From assembly GCA_965112735.1 (NCBI GenBank), contig OZ218963.1, positions 1 through 64,000 of the forward strand: a stretch of 64,000 bases of DNA. Reading direction: 5' to 3'. This document shows, one piece after another, positions 25,301-36,819 of the stretch (within the stretch, counting starts at the first letter, position 1; each line of letters begins with the position of its first letter). The notes under the pieces were generated by a model that was not told the DNA's origin, made no database searches, and saw only the letters and a program-made list of their open reading frames with translations. This stretch comes from Phaeosaccion multiseriatum (lineage: Eukaryota; Protista; Ochrophyta, other classes). Position numbers and translations under genes: made by a program.

Positions 25301-28300
25301 TGCGACCTCACTTTGCTTGCCTTCGCTCCGTCCATCATTCCCAACAACTTTGCTTGGAACGTTGGCCCCCTTCTCCCTCCTCTCCCCTCCGTGATGACAC
25401 CCCGCAGGAGCCGAAACCGAGATTGCATACTCGATATCGATTCTCTCGCCACCAGATCGACCGTCCTGTTCGCCTGTCCTTCCTCACCTCAAGCGGCGCG
25501 TATGCCTGAAACCCCTCTGCCTTCTCTCCCAAGTTTGTCTCTAAATTTCCGGCCAGAAAGCGCTTGATCTTCCTGCGCTGCTTCCTGTGATTGAACTGTC
25601 ACAGGGTGAGAAAAGACGGGAAGGAGGGAGGGAGGGAGGGAGGGAGGGACAGGAACAACAGAGAGGGGCAGAGAGAGAGGGAGTGAGAGAAGTCATAATG
25701 CAAAGGGGCTGAAAGCGGAGAGGGTGAGAGCACAAGCAGTACCGAGATGGTAATGAATGGCAGCGGATGGCAGCGGGTGGCAAAGGGGGGTCATGCGATG
25801 CCGTGCGCACGTGCACGAACTCGCTCAAACCCTCACACCCTCACACCCTCATGCACACACTCGCCCTGACGGTCCTAACTTTGGCTGACTACTTACGGAG
25901 AGGAGCCTGGGCTTCATGAAGGTGTCTCCGGCGATGCGCCCGAGGGAGTCGCGAATGGATACATCCGCGCCTTGCAAGATGAGCAAGCGGACCTAAAGGG
26001 GGTCAGGAAGAGGTGTACGGGCAGAAGAACAGAGGAATATGGGCGAACAGATAGATGCATACGGGCGGGCGGACAGGGCATTGGCGACTGCATTGGGGGA
26101 CGGGGTGAGGAGCACACGCACGCACGCTCGCACGCAGGCACGCACTCGCTGCGTTGATTTGCTTAGGGTAAGGGCCTAACCCGTTGATTTGCTGGTATTG
26201 TTTCAAAGCGAAGCGCCAATGCGCCGGCCCCTACGACGGCGAGGTGACTCACCACGGCGCAGTGGAGGTTGTAGCAGGCGATGTGCAGCGCGGTCCACCC
26301 CCCGGTCCTCTCCAGCGCGTTCAGATCCGCCCCCTGGCGAGGAGGGCCGCAGATGGCAGCAGACGGTCAGTGGGCATCATGAGGGTGAGGGGACGATTGA
26401 GCGTGCCGTGAGTCTACTTCCTCTAAGGCCTTGGGCTGCCATCGAGGGCCCTTCCCGCGTGACTTCGCCTCAGGCTTTTTCTCCTCTCCCCTCCCCGCCG
26501 TACTCAACACCTGCACGCACTCACACACTCACGTTATCGGTGAGCACCTTAGCGCAGCCGTACCTCCCCCCCCGTGCGGCACACATGAGCGGGGTCCTTC
26601 CCCTCTCGTCTCTGCAGTCGGGGTCAATGCCGTCCTCCAGCACCGCCACCTTCACCATAGCGAGGTTCCTGGGGGGAGGGGGGGGGGGAGGGGGGGACGT
26701 CAGTGGGTAACTGGGAAGGGGGGTCGTCAGTCCACTAGTCTGTCAGACAGTCAGTCAGTCAGTCAGTCAGTCAGTCAGTCAGTCAGTCAGTCAGTCAGTC
26801 AGTCAAAGCGAAAGGGGAAGGACGGACGGACGGATGGAGTGCACAGAGAGAGAGGTGGGTAGGAAGCATTGCTGATGTTGATATGACGCTCCATCGGGTG
26901 CCATCCATCAAGGATTTGAAGCCTTCTCCCACTCACCCCGCCCTGGCAGCCACGTGCACTTGAACCTGTCCGTCCTGCCCCACGAAGCTCTTGGCTTTGC
27001 CCTTGCCGCGAACCTTGCTGCTTGAGCCTAAGCACTTCTTCGCTTCTGCCCCCATCCCGAACCTACGAGACACGCTGCGCATTATGGTCGGCGTCTGGAT
27101 GGACGGCAGAGGATGGCAGTGGATGTCAGGGAATGTCAGGGGATGGTAGGGGTTGGCAGTGGATGGCAGGGGATGACAGGGGATGGCAGGGGATGGCAGG
27201 GGGATGGCAGGGGATGGCAGTAGTAGCGAGAGCAGCAACCAGCTCGCTAGCCAGCCGGCATCAGTACTCAGGCACCCACTCCTTCTCTTCTCCCCCCACC
27301 TCTTCCCTCCCTTCCTGCCTCCCTCCCTCTCTCCTTCTCTCCCTCACTCTCTCTTCCCTCCTTACCAGGTGAATGGGCCCCCGCTCGGTGGATATGTCAT
27401 CGTCCTCTGACCCCACCGCTGTCGATAAGAGCTGCGGCCGCACGTCGTCTGTGCCCCCCGTCGTGCTCTCCACTGATGCTCGCTGTCTGTCCCGACTGTC
27501 CTCCCCCGCTCCTTCTTCTCTTCTTCCTCCTCCTCCTCCTCCTCCTCCTCCTCCTCCTCCTCCTCCTCCTCCTCCCACTCCTGCTACTTCTACTCCTCCT
27601 CCTCCTCCTCCTCCTCCTCCTTCTCCTCCTCCCCCTCCTTCCCCTCCTTGGGCGTTTACTTGTCCCGCCCAAGGGCAGATTCTGCCGTCCTCGCTTGAAC
27701 GGCCGTTGCTCGCTCTGTTCCTATCTTCCCCTCCTGCCTCTACCACTGTCTCTGCTGCTTCCTCTGCTGCCGATGGTCGATCACTGTCCGCCAGTCCCCC
27801 CCCTGCTGCCGCTCTCTCCTCTACATTACCAACTTCTGTCTCTCCCCCTGAGCCGGAGAGCCCGCTGTCCACCTTGGACCCCACGCTTCCCCCCGTTGAG
27901 GTGCGTGCAGAGGGCGATAAGGGCCCGGGCGTGGGCGTCACCCCCCTCCTCCCCATGGCGAGGTCGTGAATCGTCCTTCCGCTGCTGTTGTGGCGCTCGA
28001 GTGCACTGCCGCCCGAAGCTGATGCTGTGGTGGCGGGAGTGTCTTGGGAGGACAGGGAGCGGTGCTTCAGACCTCGTGGAGCTGGAGTGCGCAGCCGCTC
28101 GAAGTCGATGATCAGAGTACGAATCTCCATCACTTACAGAACAGGCACGCACACACATAAACAGAAAGGGGGGGGGGGGTCGGGGACATGAGCGCCCCTG
28201 TACAGGGAGGGGGGGGGGGGCTAACCAAAACCGTAGCCTTGATGCAGGGAGGGGGGGGGGGCGCAGTCACCGCTCGCCGTGAGAAGCTGTAGGGACGCCG

Positions 28301-29156
28301 GTCTGTGGCGACTTAGGGTTGGCCTGCAAGCGGTGAGGGCCTCTCAGGGAGAGAGGAGTCAGGAAAGAAAGATCTGCTTCCCCTCACCTCCCGCCCCCTC
28401 CCCTCCCCTCCCTTCTCTTCCGTGCCTCCTCCCTTTCTCTCCCACCCAGCCACTCACTCGTCTGTGCAGTAACATCGGCGTCGAACAGATCAGCAGGTTT
28501 GTTGCCATAGGTGTCCTCCGCGTGGAAGCTTGCGTTGCTCCTCAGCAGCAGCTCCACACACGCTGGATGCCCCCAGTAACAGGCCTGGTGCAGGGGCGTG
28601 TCCTTGACGTAGTCCTCGGCGTTGACGTCTGCCCCGCAGTGAATGAGGTAGTCCACCACCTCCTCCTGCCCCCACTGCGCGCCGAAGTGCAGAGGTGTCT
28701 TGCTGGTGCGGTCCCTCACGTCCACCTGCTTGCCGCTCTCGATCCAACGCCTGGGGTGAGGGGAGGGGGTGGTAGAGGGCAAAGTAGCGTTAGAAAGACG
28801 AGGTGTCTACTCTTTGTTCAATACGCCACTCAAAGTTTTCAAGGGCTGACATATAGTGGGGTTGAGGCGAACAGTAAACGTAATGACCGAAAAGCAGAAG
28901 GACGCACAGAGAGATGGGAGGAAGAGGCGAGAGATAGAGAGGGGGGGGCGGGGGGGGAGGCAGAGAGGGAGGGAGAAAGGGAGAGAGACAGGGAGAGCGA
29001 GAGCGAGAGAGGCACAGGAAAAGAAGATAAATCGCTCCTCTTCCCATCAGCACCACCAATCGGACCAATCGTGCGCTGCCGCACTCACTTGACGGCGTTG
29101 ATGTGACCAGTCCGACATGCTTCGTGCACGCGAATGTAGGATACGGTCTGCCCCAT
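22396..29156 (-). CDS. Ankyrin-repeat protein with N-terminal myristoylation motif and long disordered C-terminus (~1174 aa, 12 exons)
   Basis: Phase-consistent GT-AG exons: 29156-29089, 28750-28458, 28132-27366, 27094-26937, 26668-26533, 26333-26253, 25992-25897, 25595-25488, 25127-25029, 24702-24477, 24160-23949, 23676-22396. Starts MGQTVS. Ankyrin motifs: KTPLHFGAQWGQEEVVDYLIHCGADVN, DTPLHQACYWGH, GRTPLMCAARGG, WTALHIACYN..VRLLILQGADVS. The 3' exons are less certain. Confidence 0.8.
26748..26805. repeat. (CAGT)n intronic microsatellite; reads (CTGA)n in the transcript of the minus-strand gene
   Basis: Direct reading. Confidence 0.95.
27108..27222. repeat. Tandem GGATGGCAG(G/T)G ~10-bp repeats near an intron 3' end
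   Basis: About 10 degenerate copies, lying just upstream of the 27094 acceptor in transcript sense. Confidence 0.85.
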
Positions 29157-29889
29157 GTCCCGAGCTCAAGCGGCGACGGTGTCCCTCTGCCTGCTGTCTC
29201 ACTCGTCTCTCGCTCTCTCCACCACCTCCTCACTTTCGCATGTTTGGGGCAGGCAGGACGCAGATGCAACGCGGCCAAGCCTTGGGCTGTCTCCCACCAA
29301 AGTGCCTCAGCTCCGGACCATCCCACAGCAGTCTTGTCTGCGCTTCAAAGAATAATACTGCCCCCTTCTGATCGGCAAGGTCCATCCTTCTCATCCGCCT
29401 ACTTACGGCCTTGGACGCCATGCCGCAGCATCACCACCATCGCCACTCACTGTGGCTTACCTCGAGCTACGTCTCCACCGCCTTCTGCTGCTACAAGAGT
29501 GCTGCTGCTGAGCCACGCCGACACAGCTAGCACGTAACGTTGCCTTGCTTTTCACCAGCCTAGACGGCGGCGCAAAGCTTCACAGCAGGGTAATCTGCTG
29601 CTCCCCCTGCCATTGTTGCTCCCCCTGGCCTTGTTGCTTGGCCGTCTGGCCTTTTATTGGCTACTCTCTCCCTCCCCTCCAGTGCTTCGGAGCGCCGTGA
29701 AGCAATGTGGAAGGACAGGATAAGAGAATGAAGAAATGCAGCAAGGGCCTTGCCGTCTGTGACTTTCCTTGTTCTGTCCAGCTCCTCTCGCCTGAGCGAG
29801 GGGGTGGGAGAAAAAATGGGACCACGTATTTCTGTAACCGACAAGGATGGATTTTATCGATTTTAGTGCTTCCCCTCTTTCCTTTCCCC

Positions 29890-32830
29890 ATGCCTCTCCC
29901 TTCCGGAAGGAGGAGGGTGCACCCGGGGGGAAGCTCTACCGGTCTGGCCGGAGAGGGGCCTGCTGATGCTGCACATGGGAGAGCGAGAACGAAGAACGTG
30001 CCTGTGGCGATATCGGGCTTGGCCCCTGCTGCTGGATACTCACTGACAGCTTTGCGATCGTCGCAGCAGCAGCAGCAACAACAGCAGATGGAAGAGGGTC
30101 GCAAGAAGGTCTCGGAGGGCTTGGAGCTGCTAGCGTTGCTGAGACAGGCGGAGAGCGGGAGCGGCCTGGGAGGCGCCTCCTCTGTCGAAATGGAGAGGGC
30201 CATGGCGGCCACCCTGGGCAGGGCGGAGGGAAGGGGGCGCAGTAGGGAAGGGAGGAGGAGAGCGCAGCGAATGCGGGGGGGGGGGTACTCTGGGGAAGTC
30301 GCAGGTGGCGATATGATAGAGGCAGTGAGTGGGCCCCACCGCAATACCGGCCTTGGTCTTCCTGGTAGGAGTAGCCGGCGCCTTCCTCGAGGGCCAGAGA
30401 CTTTGAGCTTCCCCAACGCCGGTCATAGCTCAAGCCTTTCCGAGATTGCGCGCCAGAGGAGGGAGGGCGGTCGGGCGCGTGTATATGCCGCGAATGAAGC
30501 GAAGGAAGACACCAGGGGAGGGGCTCCGCAGGCCTCTCGGGAGCAGCAGAAGTTGGTGATACACAAGGAGCAGCAACAGCAGCAGCAGCAGCAAGAAGAA
30601 AGGGGGCGGCAGGGTGAGAGGGAACACTTGCCACCCGAGGGAGGGGCGGCAGCGATGGCGATAGCGGGAGGCGGAGACCAAAGTGATGAGGAGGTGCAGG
30701 GCTTCTATAGGGCCCTTCTCACCGCCAAACCGAAGGTGGCGCCAGGGGCGAGAGTGGGCACGGGCACGAGAGGGGGGAGAAGCCATGCGAAGAGGGCCAA
30801 GAAAGAGGTGGGGTTGCAAAAATGCAAGCTCGGAAGCAGACAGGGGCGGGCAGGGGAAGCAATTGGTGATACAGCAGCGGTGGCACTTGTCGATTCAGCA
30901 GCGCCCGGCCTGGGGACGGTGCTGCCACAAACAGCTGCGGTAGGGGAGGCAGCTGGCACTGTCGCAGCGGCGAAAGTTGGTGATACGGCAGCAGTTGCAG
31001 GGGCACTCGCAGCGGCAGCGGCCGCAGCAGCTGTGCAGTCAATCACAGCGGCCGTGGCAGGACTCGTTGCAGGTGCTGGGCATGTAGCTAAGGACGGCGT
31101 TGACGATGCAGCCGCTGGTGGTACAGCCGCTAGTACAGCCGTTGGTGATACACCCGCTGGTACAGCCTTCGGTGATACAACAGATAGTGCCGCGGCCTTT
31201 GCTGACCTCGAGCACTTGACACCGAACGTATCTCCAAGCCAAGGAGGAGGCGAGGGAGCGGGCATGTCTCGAACGATGAACGCCAACCACACGGCACAGG
31301 GGGATCTCCTCTCCTCTACACGCTATCAGACCCGCCCAATGGCACCCCCTGCACCAGTAGCAGCTGCTAGGACCGCCGCGGGAGCTCCTGACCTTACCGG
31401 GGGAGGGAGAGGACGGGGAGGCGCCTGTCGGGGGCTTAAAGGGGGGATGGCAGTGGATGGGGGGGGAAGGGACGCAGAAGCTGGTGCCGCAGATACTGAG
31501 ACTGAGGCCAAGACAGCTCAGCTGTTGCACTGGGCACAGAGGGAGACAGAGGGCCTGCAGCAGAGCAAAGCCAAGTGCATCAAGACAGAGAGGAAGATTC
31601 TGCACCTTCTGCGAGGTGAGACTGTCTGACTGCCCGACTGCATGGCTCGCTGACTGACTGACTGACTGACTGACTGACTGACTGACTGACTGACTGACTG
31701 ACTGACTGACTGACTGACTGACTACCTGACTGACTGCCTGACTGACTGACTGACTGACTGACTACCTGACTGACTGACTGACTGTCTGACTTCCTGACTG
31801 TCTGACTCACTGACTGACTGCATGATTCACGGCCTGACTGACTGACTGACTGACTGGCTAACTGACTGCCTGCCTGACTGACTGACTGACTGACTGACTG
31901 ACTGACTGACTGACTGACTGACTGACTGACTGACTGACTGACTGACTGACTGACTGACTGACTGACTGACTGACTGACTGACTGACTGACTGACTGACTG
32001 ACTGACTGACTGACTGACTGACTGACTGACTGACTGACTGACTGACTGACTGACTGACTGACTGACTGACTGACTGACTGACTGACTGACTGACTTGTCT
32101 GACTGACTGACTGACTGACTGACTGACTGACTGACTGATTGACTGACTGACTCACTGAGTCACTGCCTGACTGCCTGCCTGACTGCCTGACTGACTGACT
32201 GACCCCCGTTGGGGAGAGTCGCGATGCATTTGTGTCTTTGGGTCTGAATCGTCTGACGGGGCCCCAAGCGTCTTTGGTGCACACGGCGCCCCTCCCCTCT
32301 ACCTCCTGCCCCCCATCCTTTACTGTACAGTCACTCCCTGACCTCTCCTCCCTCCCTCCTCGCTCCCCGTCCTTCCTACCTCTCAGCGGATGTGGAGAAC
32401 GTTTTGCGCACACTCCCCGCTGGCTACTTGAAGGAGAAGGGGCTGCTGAGCGCCATCACCTCGCACAGTCTTGACCGATTCACCTCCCTCATCACCCGCC
32501 AATATCGACAGGCCATGGTAAGGGAGGGAGGGAGGGAATGCAGCCCCTGCTTGTCTACTTTTCTGCTTGTTGGAGCGAGCCGCAGGGAGGCGTATGCCCG
32601 TACGCCTGTGGCTTCTCTCACCCCCTGTCCATTAGACTCTAACGTGCCCTTGCACACACGCCGTCGCCGTCCGTGTCTTCCTCCTCGCCGCGCAGGCTGA
32701 GGCCCTCTCCCGTTGGCAGAGGCTCGCGAGGAAGTACAGGAGGCAGTCTCAAGTGAGTACGTTGAGATCGAACGTGTGTATGTGTGAGTATGTGTGTGTG
32801 TGTGAGTGTGTGTGTGAGTGTGTGTGTGAG

Positions 32831-32875
<45 letters not shown>

Positions 32876-35800
32876 ACGTCTGCATATTGTAGGCCAATAT
32901 GGTGGTACGCTCTCCATGGACTGACATCCTTTGGACGCTTTGCTTCCGTCGAGGAATCGTCTCGGAGGGGAGGGGAGGGGAGGGGAGGGGAGGGGAGGGA
33001 AGGTCGGGGTGTACCCTACCCCGTTGGTGCAACTGCTCAAAGTAACTGACTCGAGCCTCCAAACACGCACACACACGCTCATGCACACGCTCATGCACAC
33101 GTTTACAGGCACTCACACACCACATCCTGCCCCTCCTCCTCGTCCCCCCCCGGATCACTTAGGAGGGCGCCGCTGTAGCGATTCAGTGCCAGTGCCGCGT
33201 GTTCCTCGCTCGTAAGAGGCACCGATCTGTCCTCGAGCGGGCCCACAGGAAGGGCAGGGCCCTACGCCGGATGGAGAGAACCAAAGTCACTCTGAGAGCG
33301 CAGCACGCCAAGAGGATCGGCAGGGCACTCAAGGTAGAGCTTACCCTACGCTTACCCTAAGTGCTGCTTGCAGTGCTGCTTGCAGCCCAGGCGTCTGTCT
33401 CTCCCTCTCTCTGCCCATCTGTCGCTGCCTCTCGCTCTGCTAGTTTGGAGCTGTTTCCCTCCCCCCCTCTCAATGTCTGCTTTGCTCCTTGTTCCGCGGA
33501 CCGTTCTTCGGAGGACAGCGGAACGTTCAGCGGGTGCGTGAGTACAGGGCCTCGCGGCTCCAAGGGGCGGTACGGCTCGTGGAGAGGGCACGGATGCGCA
33601 GGAACAACAAGGTCCGTAGTAAGGCAATGAGTGCAAGTCGTTCCTTTCTGAGTACTTTACAAGAGCGTCGCTCTAAGGGGCGGGGGTCTGTAAGACGGGC
33701 CCTCACCCTTGCCCTTGCTCTGGTCGGGCACTCTCACCTCCCCTCTCCCCCTCACCCTCCCCCTCCGAAAGCTGTCCGGCATGGCGCAACTGTCGTTCAA
33801 GAAGGTGGAGTGGAACAGCGCACTCAAGATACAGACGCGCTTCAGGTGGGGTGGGGTCATTGATTGGGTGTCTAGTAGGCTTGATTGGGTGTCTTGTAGG
33901 CTTGGTTGGGTAGCGTCATGTAGGCCTCCCTCCACGTTCCCCTCACACCCTTCCCCCACATGTGTGCTCCACCCTCAGGGGGCACATGGCCCGCAAGCGC
34001 CTCCCCCGTGTGCGACTCTCTCGGCACGTGGAGCGGCGCGTGGCCCTGCACAGCAACCCCATGCAGCTCTACACCAACTACCTGCAGCAGCAGGTCTGTG
34101 CGTTGGCTTGGCAGTCTTCTCCCCAAGGGATAGGCTTGTGCGGATTTATTTGGGGTATCGTAGTGAGGGAAGGGTGGAGCACACACCCTTCCCTTGTTGC
34201 ATTTTGTCCTTGACTTGGGCAAAGTGAAGGAGGGTTCCTGTTGCTGTGCTGCCATGAAGTGCAAGTGCCCTTTAGCTGCTGCCGTACTGCCCTCAACTGA
34301 CAGCGTGTGCTGCTGCCCTCACCCCCCGTCTTGCCTCTCCCTCCCTCCCTGCCCGTATGTCTGCCTGCCCTTCCCTCCAGGGAGCGGCGGTTGCGATTCA
34401 GCATTGGTACGCACACCTCTCCTTCCAACAGCGCAAGATCCTCGTGCTGCTAAAGCGCTACGCTGAGGCCCGTGCGCTCAAGGCGAGCAGGATACAGCGC
34501 TGGTGGAGGTCAAGGCTCCAGGTGAGGGGGGGGTGGAAGTCTTGACGGCCCAGGGGGGGGTGAGGGGGGTGGGTGAGTGCGTGCGTCAGTCGTGCCTCTG
34601 CTGCAGGGGGGCTCCCGAGGGGGCTCACATGACACTTGTCTCCCGAGGGAGCTCCTGGTGTTTCCCGAAGGGGAATGTTCCCGAAGGGGAATGTTCTCGC
34701 TTGTGGCTTTGACCATGTGTACTCTCGCTCAACAGGTGTGGGAGGAGCAGCGGCAGGAGCAAGAGAGGGAAGCGGCCAAGGCCAAAGAGGAGGCGGACAA
34801 ACTGGCACCGCGCACTTCGCCCATGTTCTTCAGAACCCCCGGGGGGGCGGACACCGGTTCTAAGGGCCTGATGAAGCAAATGACCTCGGGCCTGTCGGGC
34901 CTGTCGGGCCTGCAGAGGGGCTTATCCCAGAGGCAGCATCACCAGCACTCGCCGGGTAGTGGAGGCATTGGAGATGTGGAGGAAGGGAAGGAGGGGGAGG
35001 GGCGGACAAGCGGTGAGTGAGTGTGTGAGTGAGTGAGTGAGTGAGTGAGTGATTGAGTGAGTTGAGTAAGTGAGTTGGTGAGTGAGTGAGGAGTGCTGCG
35101 AGATGACCCTTGATAGGGGGAGAAGCAGAGAAGCGGTGCCAGACAAGCCGTGTGCGTGTGCACCTAACCCTAGCCATCATCACGCCATCGTGCCTGACAC
35201 TGACCACAGCCACTGACCACAGCCACTGACCGCAGCCTGCCCTTCCTCTCTCCTCTTAATGATTGCCTACCGCTGCCCCCCATCGTTCCACAGGGGCCGA
35301 AGCCGCAGACCAGCCCAAAGAAGATGGCACCACTGCAAAGGACAAGGCCCTGGCCAAGGGCAAGGCTGTGGGGAGGGGCTTAGGGGCGCTCCCGCTCGTA
35401 AGTTGATCTTCTTCTTCTTCTTCTTCTTCTTCTTCTTCTTCTTCTTCTTCTTCTTCTTCTTCTTCTTCTTCTTCTTTTTCTTCTTCTTCTTCTTGTTGTT
35501 GTTGTTGTTGTGTCTCAAAGGCCCCCTCTCCCTCCTTCCCTCTCTCTGTACCTCCGTCATTCCAGGCGGTGCGAACGGGCCGCTCCAGGAAGCAAGAAGC
35601 CGCGGCTACGCTGATCCAGAGCTGGGTGCGGCGCTTCCTCTCCGCCAAGCGAGTCCTGCTCATGAAGCACAACGCCAGCACCGTGGCCGCGTTGGTGATA
35701 CAGCGCAACATGCACGCCATTTGGGCTAACAGAGCCACCTCCAAGATCCGCATGCTGCAGCTCGACATGAAGGAGGCTCTCAGGAGATCGTAAGTCAATG

Positions 35801-36731
35801 AGTGAGGGGGTCGCTGTGAAGTGAGGGGATGAGGGGGTCTGAGGAAATGATTGAGGGGATGCACCACACACGCACACACAGGCACACACACACACACATA
35901 TCACGCCTGCCGAAGGAGAGCCCAAGCCGATCACGTGCACACCGCTGCTCTACCCCCCCCCCCCCTGCTGTATCACCAGCTGCTATGCTCCCCCCTGAAT
36001 CCTGCGGCTGATGTAAGTCGCTCCCCCACCGCGCCCACTGTGTCCTCCCTCCACTCCCCCACTTTTCTCCCCCCATCCACTGCCATCCTCAACCCCCCCC
36101 TCCCCAGGCGCATGCACCAGGACACGGTGGTAAAGGTGATCCAAATTGTGTACCGCTCCCGCTTGTTTCTCCGCTACATGCGTAGAGGCAAGGTCGTCGC
36201 CATCGGTGGGCAGCGCATCTTCCGCGGCTGGAGAGACAGACGGAGGGTACACGTAAGTTGCGTAAGTTGGGTGCTCGCCCCCCCCAAGGAGCGATGGGAG
36301 CACTCTCCCCACCTCCGACAATGTGCCTGCCCCTCTCTCTCCTCAACCCGTCCTCGGCCACTCCCCACCTCTCCCCTCCCCACCCCTCCTCCCCACCCCT
36401 CCTCCCTCACCACCTCCCTCACCCCCTCCCCCATTTCCGACCCGTACGCCTTCCGTGTGCCTCCCTTCTCAACTACCGTACCACCAACTGTTGCACTGCA
36501 CCAGTGCATCAAAGATCGCTTGGTGCGGCTGGAGGAGCTCAGAGAGGTGGGGCGACTTCACCATGCAGAGACCTTGTCTGCCCTGACCTGGGGGCAGCTC
36601 TACGACACGTCCATGTGCGACGACAGCGAGGCGGACGGGGAGCTTCAAGCCCTTTTCAGAGCATATTGCAGCTTCGGTAACAAGGTACCGAGGAGGAGGA
36701 GAGGCGGGGAGGAAGGCAGAGAAGGAAGGCT

Positions 36732-36819
<88 letters not shown>

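Noticed and set aside
31580-32413. SQSV-repeat ORF, and similar ORFs over repeats at 37940, 53762-54825, 55714 and 59578-60335
   Set aside because: Translations of intronic or intergenic micro/minisatellites.
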